Program-made: the position numbers and the translations under genes | Shown here: piece after piece, positions 34,317-44,373 of the stretch | Layout: each line of letters starts with the position of its first letter | Numbering within the stretch: the first letter of the stretch is position 1 | Notes under the pieces: model-generated | Databases searched by the model: none | The model's input: the letters and a program-made list of their open reading frames with translations, nothing else | Told to the model about the DNA's origin: nothing | DNA from: Thermoanaerobaculia bacterium | GTDB lineage: Bacteria > Acidobacteriota > Thermoanaerobaculia > Multivoradales > Multivoraceae | Assembly: GCA_963666565.1 (NCBI GenBank) | Contig: OY762911.1 | Location: 3,072,001-3,136,000, forward strand | Length of the DNA: 64,000 nt | Reading direction: 5' to 3'

Positions 34317-35828
34317 CTACTCGCTGGCCGTCTCCGGCGGCCAGCCGAAGGGCAGGTCCTCCGGCACGACCTTGATCTCGGTCGAGAACTGGAACGGGGC
34401 CTCGCCGGGGCCGGGGAAGTGGAACTCGAGGTAGAAGCCGGTCCAGCCGCGGTCCGGCGCGGGGACGGCGCCGACCCACCTGCCGTCCTCGCCCGGTTCG
34501 ACGGCGGTGCCGGTCCACGTCCGGCTGATCGTGTCGACCCGGAGGTCGCGCGTTTCCGGGTTCGTGGCCTGCCACAGGAGAACCCGGCTGGGCGCCATGT
34601 CGTTCGCCACCCAGGCGGTGATTGCCCCGCCCCCCGAATCGTCGGTCTCGATCGACCAGTCGACGTCCGGGCGCTCCACGCCATCCAGAATGGCCTGGTA
34701 GAAGGCGAGGAAACCGACCGCCGCGTCGCTGCCGCCCAGGGAGTGTTCGGTGTTCGGCACGTAGCGCAGGTGCTTCTCGCCGAGCAGGTCGTCGAAGTAG
34801 AACTGGGCCGAGTCGGGCAGGAAGAACTGGTCGCCCGTCGCGTTGATCAGGTACTTCGGCATCGTGAGCTTGTCGAGGTGCTGGTAGGGCTCGACGATCT
34901 TCTGGAGTTCCAGGTACTCGGGAGTTCCGAACCAGTCCGTTATCCCCTCGTGGACGTAGTCGCCGATCGCCGGCGCCCAGAAGCCGTAGGCCTTCCAGTG
35001 GTGCTCGAAGGAAGCCTCGAGGTTCAGGAGATCGATCACGATCGGCGCGATCGCGACCACCCGGTCGTCGACCGTCGCCGTGGTCCAGGTGGTCCAGCCG
35101 CGCTTGGAGCCGCCGGCGACGACGAACCGGTTCACGTCGTTCCCGCCGCCGTCCTCGGAAGCCGCGAACGCGGTCATCGTGTCCATCGCCCGCACCGCGG
35201 CCTTCGTCATCGGCAGCCGCGCCAGCCAGATGGGATCCTCGCCGCGCAGGAACTTGTCCCAGCCGTAGGCGATCAGCTCGTCCTCGACCCGTTCGCCGTA
35301 GTCGTCGCCGACGAAGTTGAGCGGCTGGTTCGGCACCATCCGCAGTTCGGCCGTGAACGAGCCGGTCGCGAGGGCCGGTTGGAGGGTCAGCGGATTGGCC
35401 TGCTCCGGCGGGTCGCCGCCGTTCCGGCCGCCCGAGATGTAGAGGAAGCCGTGGTCGCTACGGACCTCGTCGGGCTCGACCACCATCAGCCAGTGGGTCC
35501 ACAGCGGCCGGTCGACCTCCGCCTCGGTGAGCCAGGTCTGGCTCGTCATCTCGATCGTGTGCAGGGTGTAGCCGTCGCCGGGCTCGCTGTTCACCAGGGT
35601 CCAGCCGTAGGCGGGATCGGGTGTGTCCACGTACTGCTTGAGGACCTCGCCCGGCCCCGGTCCGGCTTCGGCCTCGGCGGCGGCATCTTCGCCGCCCGAG
35701 CCGACCCGAACCTGGCATGCGGCGAGAAGCAGCAGGGCCGCCGCCGCGACCGCGTAGACGGCGTGGCGGCTGCGAGTGCGTCCGCCAGGGGGTGCCGGCG
35801 GTCTGTCGAGATCGAATCTGGTGGTCAT
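34317..35828 (-). CDS. PhoPQ-activated pathogenicity-related (PqaA/AprA-like) lipoprotein, alpha/beta-hydrolase-like
   Basis: LLLAAC lipobox; MTSQTWL, VPNQPL, ARLPMTKAAVRAMD, VAGGSKRGWTTW, GDQFFLPDS, VPNTEHSL. Confidence 0.88.
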   Translation of the reverse strand: MTTRFDLDRPPAPPGGRTRSRHAVYAVAAAALLLLAACQVRVGSGGEDAAAEAEAGPGPGEVLKQYVDTPDPAYGWTLVNSEPGDGYTLHTIEMTSQTWLTEAEVDRPLWTHWLMVVEPDEVRSDHGFLYISGGRNGGDPPEQANPLTLQPALATGSFTAELRMVPNQPLNFVGDDYGERVEDELIAYGWDKFLRGEDPIWLARLPMTKAAVRAMDTMTAFAASEDGGGNDVNRFVVAGGSKRGWTTWTTATVDDRVVAIAPIVIDLLNLEASFEHHWKAYGFWAPAIGDYVHEGITDWFGTPEYLELQKIVEPYQHLDKLTMPKYLINATGDQFFLPDSAQFYFDDLLGEKHLRYVPNTEHSLGGSDAAVGFLAFYQAILDGVERPDVDWSIETDDSGGGAITAWVANDMAPSRVLLWQATNPETRDLRVDTISRTWTGTAVEPGEDGRWVGAVPAPDRGWTGFYLEFHFPGPGEAPFQFSTEIKVVPEDLPFGWPPETASE

Positions 35829-35889
35829 GGCGTTGCTCCCGTGATGAATGGCGTGTCCCGAAGCGCTCAGGCGCGGACAGGCCTCTCGC

Positions 35890-37020
35890 TCAGATCGCTC
35901 CGGCCGCACGCATTGCCTCGATCCGGTCGGCGGCGAATCCCCAGTCCGCGAGGACCGCGTCGCTGTGCTCGCCGGCCTTGGGCGGCGGCCCCTGCACCGC
36001 CACCGGCGTCCGGCTGAAGCGCGGCGCCGGCGCCGGCTGGGCCACGCCGTCGACTTCGACGAAGGTCTGCCGGGATCGGTTGTGAGGGTGCTCGATCGCC
36101 TCGCCGATGCGGAGCACCGGGGCGAAGCAGATGTCGCTGCCCTCCATGATCCCGGACCACTCGTCGCGCGTCTTCGTGCGGAACGTCTCGGCCAGCTTCG
36201 CCTTGAGCTCCGGCCAGCGGTCCCGGTTCTGGAGATGTCCCTCCCACTCGGCGCCGTCGAGGCCGGTCTTCTCGAGCAGCAGCGCGTAGAACTGGGGCTC
36301 GATCGAACCGATGGAGACGTACTCGCCGTCCGCGCACTCGTACGTGTCGTAGAAGTGGGAGCCGCTGTCCAGCATGTTCGAGCCGCGGTCGTCCTTCCAC
36401 ACGCCGGCGCCGTGCATGCCGACGACGGCGGCCAGCAGCAGCGCCGAACCGTCCGTCATCGCCGCGTCGACGACCTGGCCCTTGCCGGACTTCTGCGCCT
36501 CCAGCAGGCCAGCCACCACGCCCAGGGCGAGCAGCATGCCGCCGCCGCCGAAGTCGCCGACCAAGTTGAGCGGGGGCACCGGCCTGCCGCCGTTGTTGCC
36601 GATCGAGTGCAGCACGCCCGACAGGGCGATGTAGTTGATGTCGTGGCCGGCGGCGTGGGCAATCGTGCCGTGCTGGCCCCAGCCGGTCATGCGGCCGAAG
36701 ATGAGCTTCGGATTCCGCTCCAGGCACACGTCGGGGCCGAGTCCGAGCCGCTCCATCACGCCGGGCCGGAAGCCCTCGATCAGGCCGTCGGCCTGTTCCA
36801 CCATGTCGAGCACGGCCTTGATCGCCTCGGGCCGCTTGAGGTCCATCGCGAGGGAGCGGCGGCCGCGGTTCAGCACGTCGAACTTCGAGCCGCGGCCCGC
36901 GTAGGCGCGCCGGTCGATGCGGACCACCTCGGCGCCCAGGTCGGACAGCACCATGGCGCAGAACGGGCCGGGGCCGATGCCGGCGATCTCGAGAATGCGG
37001 TAGCCGTTCAGTGGTCCCAT
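35890..37020 (-). CDS. Family III CoA-transferase / alpha-methylacyl-CoA racemase-like
   Basis: [56 protein letters not shown]. Confidence 0.93.
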   Translation of the reverse strand: MGPLNGYRILEIAGIGPGPFCAMVLSDLGAEVVRIDRRAYAGRGSKFDVLNRGRRSLAMDLKRPEAIKAVLDMVEQADGLIEGFRPGVMERLGLGPDVCLERNPKLIFGRMTGWGQHGTIAHAAGHDINYIALSGVLHSIGNNGGRPVPPLNLVGDFGGGGMLLALGVVAGLLEAQKSGKGQVVDAAMTDGSALLLAAVVGMHGAGVWKDDRGSNMLDSGSHFYDTYECADGEYVSIGSIEPQFYALLLEKTGLDGAEWEGHLQNRDRWPELKAKLAETFRTKTRDEWSGIMEGSDICFAPVLRIGEAIEHPHNRSRQTFVEVDGVAQPAPAPRFSRTPVAVQGPPPKAGEHSDAVLADWGFAADRIEAMRAAGAI

Positions 37021-37066
37021 GATGCGTGTCTCCGGGCGGAGGTTCGTGTGGCGGAGGAGGCGGGTC

Positions 37067-37092
37067 AGTATAGGAGACGCCTGCCGTACAAT
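37067..37092. promoter_or_regulatory. Back-to-back -10 hexamers of a divergent promoter
   Basis: TATACT on the minus strand (37072-37067) and TACAAT on the plus strand (37087-37092) between divergent genes; a similar pair sits at 28095-28133. Confidence 0.45.
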
Positions 37093-37163
37093 CCGCCCTC
37101 GACGCCCCAACCCGAACTTCAGCCGAACCGCGGCCCCGGCCGCCGTTCCGGAGGCTTGCGACG

Positions 37164-38117
37164 ATGCAGAGATACGGCATGACGATCCCCTTCGGCCTGC
37201 CCCTGGCGGAGCAGGAAGACCTGATCAAGGAGATGGTCGACCTCGGCTACACGGACTTCTGGTCCTCCGAATCGAACGGCTCGGACGGCTTCACGCCGCT
37301 GGTCCAGGCCTCCATCTGGGCGCCGGCGGCCCGGCTCGGGATTGCGATCATCCCCGCGTACACCCGCGGGCCGGCGCTGATGGCGATGACCGTCGGCGCG
37401 ATGGCGGAGGCGGCCCCCGGCCGCTTCGTCATGGGCGTCGGCACCTCGTCCAACGTGATCGTCGAGCAGTGGAACGACATCCCCTTCGAGCGGCCGTACT
37501 ACAAGACCCGCGACATGGTGCGGTTCCTCAAGAAGGCGCTCACCGGCGACCGCATCGACGAGGAGTTCGAGACCTTCAACGTGCGCGGCTTCCGCATGGG
37601 CCGGCCGCTCGAGGAGTGCCCGCCGATCCTCGTCGCGGCGCTGCGCCAGGGCATGCTGCGGATGGCCGGCCGCGAAGGCGACGGCGCGATCCTCAACTGG
37701 CTGTCGCCCGACGACGTGAAGACGGTCGTCCCCTACGTCCACGAAGCCGGCCCCGGCAAGGAAATCGCCGCCCGCATCTTCGTGCTGGCCACCGAAGACA
37801 AGGGCACGATCGACTTCGTCGGCCGGCGCTCGATGGCCGCCTACCTGAACGTCCCCGTCTACGCCGCCTTCCACGACTGGCTCGGCCGCCGCGACGTCCT
37901 CGGCCCGATGTGGGACGCCTGGGCCGCCGGCGACCGCAAGAAGGCGCTGGAGGTCATCCCGGAGGAGGCCCTGAACGACATCCTGATCATCGGCTCCCCC
38001 GGCAAGTGCCGCGAGCGGATCCAGGAGTACATCGAGGCGGGCGTCCACACCCCGGCGATCCAGATCATGCACCCGGGCGACGATCTGCGCGAGACGATCC
38101 GCGCGCTGGCGCCGTAA
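37164..38117 (+). CDS. LLM-class (probably F420-dependent) oxidoreductase
   Basis: [59 protein letters not shown]. Confidence 0.9.
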   Translation: MQRYGMTIPFGLPLAEQEDLIKEMVDLGYTDFWSSESNGSDGFTPLVQASIWAPAARLGIAIIPAYTRGPALMAMTVGAMAEAAPGRFVMGVGTSSNVIVEQWNDIPFERPYYKTRDMVRFLKKALTGDRIDEEFETFNVRGFRMGRPLEECPPILVAALRQGMLRMAGREGDGAILNWLSPDDVKTVVPYVHEAGPGKEIAARIFVLATEDKGTIDFVGRRSMAAYLNVPVYAAFHDWLGRRDVLGPMWDAWAAGDRKKALEVIPEEALNDILIIGSPGKCRERIQEYIEAGVHTPAIQIMHPGDDLRETIRALAP

Positions 38118-38146
38118 GCGGAGCCTTGTGAGCGTGGCGACACAAA

Positions 38147-38172
38147 CTGGGTGCGCCGGCGTCCCCGCCGGC
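38147..38172 (-). repeat. REP-like hairpin, family 2
   Basis: CTGGGTGC-GCCGGCG-TCCC-CGCCGGC, a reverse-orientation copy of 29590. Confidence 0.8.
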
Positions 38173-38280
38173 TTCGGAAAGGACGCGCCGCGTAGCGGCT
38201 CGGCTCACTCATGCGCCCAAAGTCCTTCGCGCCGCACGCTGCTGGACTGCCACGCGGCAGGAGAACCAAGGACCCTCAGA

Positions 38281-39296
38281 ATGAAGTACGCCTTCTGGAA
38301 CAACAAGGGAGGCGTCGGCAAGACGTTTCTCTGCTTCGCGTCGGCCTGCCAGTACGCGCGACGGCATCCGCGAACGGCGGTCGTCGTCATCGACATGTGC
38401 CCGCAGGCCAACGTCAGCGAGATTCTGCTGGGCGGCAACGGAGGGGAGGAACGGAACTGCAGCGGCTGTTGGCGAAGCTGCCCGTTCCGCAGACCGTGGG
38501 CGGTTACTACCACCAGCGCATCCTTCAGCCCCATCGGGCGACCGGAACCGAGACGAGCTTTCTGGTCCGCGTTCGCGATACGAACCCGCGCGTACCGGCC
38601 AATCTCCACCTGGTAGTGGGCGATCCGTCGCTGGAGCTCCAGGTACAGACGATCAACGACATCGCCGTCCAGGACATCCCGGCGGGGGCGTGGCGCAGCG
38701 TCCACTCCTGGGTGATCGACCTCCAGAACGCCGCCACGACCCACTTCGGCGAATGCGCCTTCTTCATCGACTGCAACCCGAGCTTTTCCTCCTACACGGA
38801 GCAGGCGATTCTCGCCGCGGACCGGTTGATCGTCCGCTGCACGGCAGACGGTTCCTCCGCGCGGGCGATCGACAACGTCGGCCAACTGGTCTACGGCCAT
38901 GGCGTACCGCCCGAGTACAGGGAGGCGAGCTTCAGCGCCAAGGCGAAGCTCTTTTCGATGACGCTGCCGAGGCTGCACCTCGTGGCCATGAACCGTTCGA
39001 CCACCTATCGCCAGAAGTCCGCCAAGGCGTTCGCCAAGATGGTCTCGTTGATCCGGCAACGGGTCGAAGGGCAAAGCGAGCACCTGCCCGACTCCTTCTC
39101 CCGCGAGCCGGACGACGACATGTTCATCGAGATCCCTGACGCGCATACGGTGGTGATCGTCGCCTCGCACCTTGGCGCGCCGATCCAGAGCCTTAGCGCC
39201 GGAAAGTACGATCTCGACGGTGAAGACACGCAGCTCAACAGCACCTCGCTGGAGAGATACCAGCGCTCCATCGAGGACCTCGTCGAGCGTCTCTGA
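38281..39296 (+). pseudogene. ParA/MinD-family ATPase, frameshifted near 38443
   Basis: MKYAFWNNKGGVGKT..IDMCPQANVSEILLGGNG lies in one frame; the rest (NLHLVVGDPSL, FFIDCNPSFS, ADRLIV) is in the -1 frame after GGAGGGGAGGA. A sequencing error is possible. Confidence 0.82.
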
Positions 39297-39849
39297 GCGC
39301 GGTGCCGTGTCCGTGTTCAACGGCCCCGAACCCGGGATTCGCGTCTTCGGGTCCGAGGCGGAGGAGACAGCGGCCGTTGGCCACTGGCTTCGCGAACTGT
39401 CGCGGGCTGGCAGCGGAACCTTCGGGACAGAGCCCGGGCGCGGCGGGATTGGGCTCGTCCGGTCGTCGAGCGAGATCGAGCGGGCTCTCCGCGCCGCGGA
39501 GGCGGCCGGTCTGGAGGCGGTGCGACTTGACGCGGGGGAATCGGCCACGGTCGTGGGGAACAGTGCGGACCGCTCCCAGGTCGACGCTGTGCCGGCTCCC
39601 GTTTCGGTCGGGACCATGCATCGCGCCAAGGGGCTGGAGTTCTCCGCCGTGGCCGTCATGGCATGCGACGACGAGGTGCTGCCGCTGCAGGCCCGGATCG
39701 AGAACGTCGCCGACGAGGCGGACCTGGAGGACGTCTACAACACGGAGAGGCACCTGCTGTACGTCGCGTGCACCAGGGCGCGCGATCGGCTGCTCGTGAC
39801 CGGCGTGGATCCGGCTTCGGAGTTCCTCGATGACCTGGCCCGGGCGTAG
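39295..39849 (+). pseudogene. C-terminal fragment of a UvrD/Rep-like superfamily 1 helicase
   Basis: TMHRAKGLEF (motif V) and ERHLLYVACTRARDRL (motif VI) are present; Walker A/B are absent; about 180 aa. Confidence 0.8.
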
Positions 39850-39914
39850 AAGGGGAGATCCCCTCGTTCAGGCGCCTCGGGCGTGGGCCGCGACTTGGGG
39901 ATAGTCTCATCTGC

Positions 39915-41000
39915 ATGGCCATCACGCGACTGCGGCTTCAGCGGTTCACGGCTTTCGACGAGTTCGATTTCGAGCCCTCTCCGGGCATCAACGTCCTGAT
40001 CGGGGCCAACGGCACGGGCAAGACCCACCTGATGAAGGTCGCCTATGCGGCCTGCGACGTCAGCAAGACGGGGGCTTCCTTCGCGGAGAAGCTCCTGCGC
40101 GTGTTCCTCCCGTCCGGTGGCGCGCTGGGTCGCCTGGTCAAGCGGCAACAGGGCAGTTCCCGTTGCCTGATCGAGGTCCACCGACGCCCGAGACGCAGTC
40201 TGGCGAAGCTCTCGGCTTCCTTCTCGAATCATTCGTCGGTGCCGAAGTCGGCGACCGTCAGGGGGGCCAAGGCCTGGTACGGCGCTCCGCTCGAGAGCGT
40301 CTTCATCCCCGTCAAGGAGATGCTGGCCAACGCTCCGGGATTCCGCTCGCTCTACTCCCAACGCGAAGTGCACTTCGAGGAGGTGTACGCCGACGTGCTC
40401 GACCGTGCCTACCGCCCAGCTCTGCGGGGCGCGCCCGACCAGCACCGGAGACGGCTCCTGGACGTCCTCCAAGGTGCAATGGCGGGCAAGGTCACGGTGC
40501 GCAACGAGGAGTTCTTTCTCCGCAGCAGGCAGGGCAACCTCGAGTTCTCGCTTCTCGCGGAGGGCATGCGGAAGCTGGGCCTGCTGTGGCTCCTCATCCA
40601 GAACGGCACCTTGCTCAAGGGTTCGGTGTTGTTCTGGGACGAACCCGAGACGAATCTCCATCCCGGACTCTTCGGTCGCCTCGCGGACATCTTCGTCCAG
40701 CTCCAGCAGGCGGGCATCCAGATCTTCCTGGCCACCCACGACTACACCATCCTGAAGGAGCTCGATCACCGGGTTGCGGGCCGAAGCCGGAAGGAGGTCG
40801 GATTCCACTCTCTGTACCGGGAGCCGGAGGGCGGCAGGATCGCGTGCCGTACGTCGAGGACGTACGCCGGCATCGCTCCGAACACGATCGCGGACGCCTT
40901 CTCTGATCTCTACGATCGAGAGGTTCAGCGCAGCCTTGAAGCTCTCGGAGGGTGGTCGGGTCGTAGCTGCCGGAGCACGCCGCCCGCCGCACCGGCTTGA
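39915..41000 (+). CDS. Soluble ABC/AAA_21-type ATPase (AbiEii/OLD-like family)
   Basis: ITRLRLQRFTAF, LIGANGTGKT, LAEGMRKLGLL, LFWDEPETNLHP, FLATHDY; no TM segments. Confidence 0.88.
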   Translation: MAITRLRLQRFTAFDEFDFEPSPGINVLIGANGTGKTHLMKVAYAACDVSKTGASFAEKLLRVFLPSGGALGRLVKRQQGSSRCLIEVHRRPRRSLAKLSASFSNHSSVPKSATVRGAKAWYGAPLESVFIPVKEMLANAPGFRSLYSQREVHFEEVYADVLDRAYRPALRGAPDQHRRRLLDVLQGAMAGKVTVRNEEFFLRSRQGNLEFSLLAEGMRKLGLLWLLIQNGTLLKGSVLFWDEPETNLHPGLFGRLADIFVQLQQAGIQIFLATHDYTILKELDHRVAGRSRKEVGFHSLYREPEGGRIACRTSRTYAGIAPNTIADAFSDLYDREVQRSLEALGGWSGRSCRSTPPAAPA

Positions 41001-41075
41001 CGTAAGCTCGCCGCCGCGCGCGGCCCGACAAGCGGCCGCGCACGCGCCGACTCGACTTGACTCAAGGAGAACCCC

Positions 41076-41495
41076 ATGGCCCTCAGCACCTACTTGACCT
41101 TCGGCGGCAACTGCCGCGAGGCGTTCGAGTTCTACCGGTCCGTGTTCGGCGGCGAGTACTCGGACTTCAACACGTTCGGCGAGGGGCCGGAGGGACTGCC
41201 GCTGGCGGAGGGGCAGGAGGACCAGATCATGCACGTGGCGCTGCCGGTGGGCGACAGCCTGCTGATGGGGAGCGACAGCACGACGTTCGGCCCGCCGCTC
41301 GAGGTCGGGAACAACTTCTCGATCTCGGTCGACGCCGAGAGCCGGGAGCGGGCGGACGAGCTGTACGCGGCCCTTTCGGACGGCGGCGCGGCGGCGATGC
41401 CGATGCAGGACCAGTTCTGGGGCGCCTACTTCGGCATGTGTACGGACCGGTTCGGCGTGAACTGGATGGTCGTACACGGGCAACCCGCGGAGTAG
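41076..41495 (+). CDS. VOC/PhnB family protein
   Basis: YLTFGGNCREAFEFYRSVFG, IMHVAL, FWGAYFGMCTDRFGVNWMV; AAGGAG RBS. Confidence 0.93.
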   Translation: MALSTYLTFGGNCREAFEFYRSVFGGEYSDFNTFGEGPEGLPLAEGQEDQIMHVALPVGDSLLMGSDSTTFGPPLEVGNNFSISVDAESRERADELYAALSDGGAAAMPMQDQFWGAYFGMCTDRFGVNWMVVHGQPAE

Positions 41496-41589
41496 CGGAG
41501 CACCGGATCAACGGAAGCGCGGATCCTCGCGGTCGCCCGCCGGGGCGCCGCCGGAACCGAAGCGAGGATCGCCGCAAGGAGCCATTGCG

Positions 41590-42690
41590 ATGAGCGCCAT
41601 CTCACCCAACGACGGACCGGTTGCCGTCACCGGCTGTTCCGGCTTCACCGGCGGCCACATGGTGCGGGAACTGGCGACCCAGGGCTACCGGGTCCGGGCC
41701 TGCATCCGCAACGCCGAATCCTGGCGCGGCAAGGACTGCGTCGACTACCTGAAGCGGCTGCCGAACGTCGAGATCGTCGACGGTTGCGACCTGTTCGTGC
41801 CGGGCTCCTACGACGAGGCGTTCGCGGGCTGTTCGGCCGTCTTCCACGTCGCCGCCGTGCTCGGCAACTCGGCGGACGGCAAATCGCAGCCGCTCGGCTC
41901 GGGCAACGTCTCGACGGATGTCTACGAGGGCGGCATGGCCGGGACGCGGAACGTGATCGACGCGGTCGAGCGGAGCGGCAGCGTGAGGCGCGTCCTCTAC
42001 ACGAGTTCCCTGGCGGCGGTCGCGGGCCTGGGCGCCCCGGCGCAGCCTCCGGGCTACGCCTGGACGGAGACGGACTGGGCTTCCGACAACTTCCCCGAGG
42101 AAGTCTGGAACCACCCGCGGATGGCCTACGCCCGCAGCAAGGTGGACACGGAGCGGCTGCTGAACCAGGCCGCGGACTCGAGCGGTGGGCGCTGGGACGT
42201 CGTCACCCTGAACCCGGCGATGATCTGCGGCCCGATCCTGTTCAAGGCGCAGGTCGGCCAGTGGATCGAGCAGATCGGCCGGCTGGCCGCCGGGCTTGCG
42301 CCGTCCTGGCCGACGCCGTACGACATGTACTACAACATCATCGACGTGCGCGACCTGGTGAAGGCGGAGCGGCTGGCGGCGGAATCGCCGGTCGACCACC
42401 GGGCCACCAACGGCGGCAGCCGCTACCTGCTGCACGGCAGCGGCGGCCGGTCGGCGCTGCGTTTCGGCACGGAAGTGCGCGACATCGTCCAGGAGCTCTT
42501 CCCGTCCTTCGCGGTGGGCGAAGCGCCGGTTCCCGAGGGCGGCGTGCCGCCGCCGGCGGCGATCAACCACTCGAACAAGGCGACGTCGGTGCTGGGCGCC
42601 ACCCTGCGGCCGGTTGAGGACACGATTCGGGACGTCATCGAGACGTCGGTCGAACTGGGCGTGATCGAGCCCCGGCTGCGCGGCGGCTGA
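41590..42690 (+). CDS. NAD-dependent epimerase/dehydratase (dihydroflavonol reductase-like extended SDR)
   Basis: VAVTGCSGFTGGH, VFHVAA, YTSSLAAV, YARSK, IIDVRD; AAGGAG RBS. Confidence 0.9.
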   Translation: MSAISPNDGPVAVTGCSGFTGGHMVRELATQGYRVRACIRNAESWRGKDCVDYLKRLPNVEIVDGCDLFVPGSYDEAFAGCSAVFHVAAVLGNSADGKSQPLGSGNVSTDVYEGGMAGTRNVIDAVERSGSVRRVLYTSSLAAVAGLGAPAQPPGYAWTETDWASDNFPEEVWNHPRMAYARSKVDTERLLNQAADSSGGRWDVVTLNPAMICGPILFKAQVGQWIEQIGRLAAGLAPSWPTPYDMYYNIIDVRDLVKAERLAAESPVDHRATNGGSRYLLHGSGGRSALRFGTEVRDIVQELFPSFAVGEAPVPEGGVPPPAAINHSNKATSVLGATLRPVEDTIRDVIETSVELGVIEPRLRGG

Positions 42691-42703
42691 CGGCAGCCCG
42701 GAC

Positions 42704-44257
42704 GTGGGCGGCAGCGAGGCTGACCTGGACGGAAACCTTGGACCCCGGGGCACGCCAGCCGACGGCTGCGTGGCCGGGGGAGGACGTGGCATTCTGGGCC
42801 TGAGTGGCCTGACGCCGGCTCTTCTCGCGCTGGCCTTCGGCGCGCCGCTCGCCGCCGACGATCCGAACCCGACCCGCAACCGCGTGGCGGCGGCCGCGGA
42901 CCTCCCGGTGACCTGGGACGTTGCCGCCGGCGACGGCGTGCTGTGGTCCGCCGAACTCGGCACGACGACCTACGGCGGGCCGACGATCGCTGGCGACCTC
43001 GTCGTCGTCGGCACGAACAACGAGCGCCCGCGCGACCCGGCCGCGACCGGCGACCGCGGCATCCTGATGGCCTTCGACCGGCGCGACGGCGGCTTCCGCT
43101 GGCAGATCGCCCACGAGAAACTGGCGGTCGGCGAGGTGAACGACTGGCCGCTCCAGGGCGTTTGCTCCACGCCGTCCTTCGACGGCGAGCGCCTCTACTA
43201 CGTCTCGAACCGTGCCGAACTGGTGGCCGTCGACCTGGCCGGCGAGACGGTCTGGTCGCTCGACATGATCGCCGAGTGGGGCGTGTTTCCGAAGCACATG
43301 GCGGCTTCCACGCCGCTGGCCGCGGGCGGACTCGTGTTCGCGTCGACCAGCAACGGCGTGACCGACGACGGACGGATTCCGGCCCCGGCCGCGCCGAGCT
43401 TTGTCGCGGTGGACCGCGCCACGGGCGCGCCGGTCTGGACCGACGCCGGCCCCGGCGCCGGCCTGATCGACGGCCAGTGGGGAAGTCCGGCCCTGGCGGC
43501 TGCCGGCGGCGCCGCCGGCCAATCGGCAAACCGGGGGCAGGTCGTCTTCCCGGGCGGCGACGGCCGCCTGTACGCGTTCGATCCGGCGACGGGCGAGTCT
43601 CTGTGGCGCTTCGACGGCAACGCGGCCGCTGCCGGTCAGGGTGGGGAAGCTGGCCGCAGTCGGAGCTTCACTTCGCCGCCTGCGGCGGCAGCGGGTCGGA
43701 AGACCCGCGCACCCAGCGACGCTGCCGTGCCGACCGCCCGTGCCGACCGCGCCGAGTCCGGCCACGCCTTCGTCGCCACGCCGGTGCTGCACGAGGACAC
43801 CGTCTACATCGCGATGGGCCGCGACCCGGAGGTCTCCATCCGGCCCGGCGTCCTCTGGGCCATCGACGCCGGCAGCCGCGGCGCCGCCGCCTCGAGCCGC
43901 GTCCGGTGGCGCTTCGAGGACCCGGACTTCGGCCGCGCCATCGCCACCGTCGCGGTCGCCGGCGGCATCGTCTACGCCGCGGACCTGAACGGCTTCCTGT
44001 TCGCTCTCGATGCGGACACCGGCGAGAAGTTGTGGGTCTACGATGCCCTGGCGCCGTTCTGGAGTTCGCCCCTGGTCGCGGACGGGAAGGTCTACGCCGC
44101 CGACACGGAGGGCGACGTGACAGTGCTCCGGCACGGCCGGACGCTCGACGTGCTGGCCGAGAACGTCATGCCGGGACCGGTCTACGCCTCGCCCTCGACC
44201 GACGGCGCCGCGCTGTACGTCGCCACCAGCGAGACGCTCTACGCGCTGGGCCTTTGA
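42704..44257 (+). CDS. Secreted PQQ-like (BamB-type) beta-propeller protein 1
   Basis: Repeats of type AFDxxTGxxxW; VNDWPLQGVCSTP; signal-like LLALAFGAPLAA. Start uncertain (42704 or 42770). Confidence 0.85.
   Translation: MGGSEADLDGNLGPRGTPADGCVAGGGRGILGLSGLTPALLALAFGAPLAADDPNPTRNRVAAAADLPVTWDVAAGDGVLWSAELGTTTYGGPTIAGDLVVVGTNNERPRDPAATGDRGILMAFDRRDGGFRWQIAHEKLAVGEVNDWPLQGVCSTPSFDGERLYYVSNRAELVAVDLAGETVWSLDMIAEWGVFPKHMAASTPLAAGGLVFASTSNGVTDDGRIPAPAAPSFVAVDRATGAPVWTDAGPGAGLIDGQWGSPALAAAGGAAGQSANRGQVVFPGGDGRLYAFDPATGESLWRFDGNAAAAGQGGEAGRSRSFTSPPAAAAGRKTRAPSDAAVPTARADRAESGHAFVATPVLHEDTVYIAMGRDPEVSIRPGVLWAIDAGSRGAAASSRVRWRFEDPDFGRAIATVAVAGGIVYAADLNGFLFALDADTGEKLWVYDALAPFWSSPLVADGKVYAADTEGDVTVLRHGRTLDVLAENVMPGPVYASPSTDGAALYVATSETLYALGL
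43673..43716 (+). repeat. REP-like element, family 1, in frame inside a CDS
   Basis: CGCCGCCTGCGGCGGCA-GCGGGTC-GGAA-GACCCGC-GCACCCAG, encoding PPAAAAGRKTRAPS. Confidence 0.9.
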
Positions 44258-44373
44258 TACCGTTGCCGCCCTTCGGCGGCGGGACCGCGGCGGCCGGCCG
44301 TCGCGAACGGCCCCGCCAAGCGCTTCGCCGCCGGCATTCCCACACGCTCATTCGACCAACGGACTGGATCACC

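Noticed and set aside
38435-38455. Programmed -1 frameshift in ParA
   Set aside because: There is no canonical X XXY YYZ slippery heptamer; a 1-nt deletion or sequencing error is simpler.
39295-41000. Gabija call (UvrD plus OLD-like ATPase)
   Set aside because: The helicase is only a C-terminal fragment and the ATPase has no TOPRIM domain.
42943-44373. Long N-terminal extensions in the ORF track (also 9969, 16564, 27741, 29230, 45629, 47098)
   Set aside because: The extensions overlap upstream genes; family motifs, signal peptides or RBS indicate the later starts used here.
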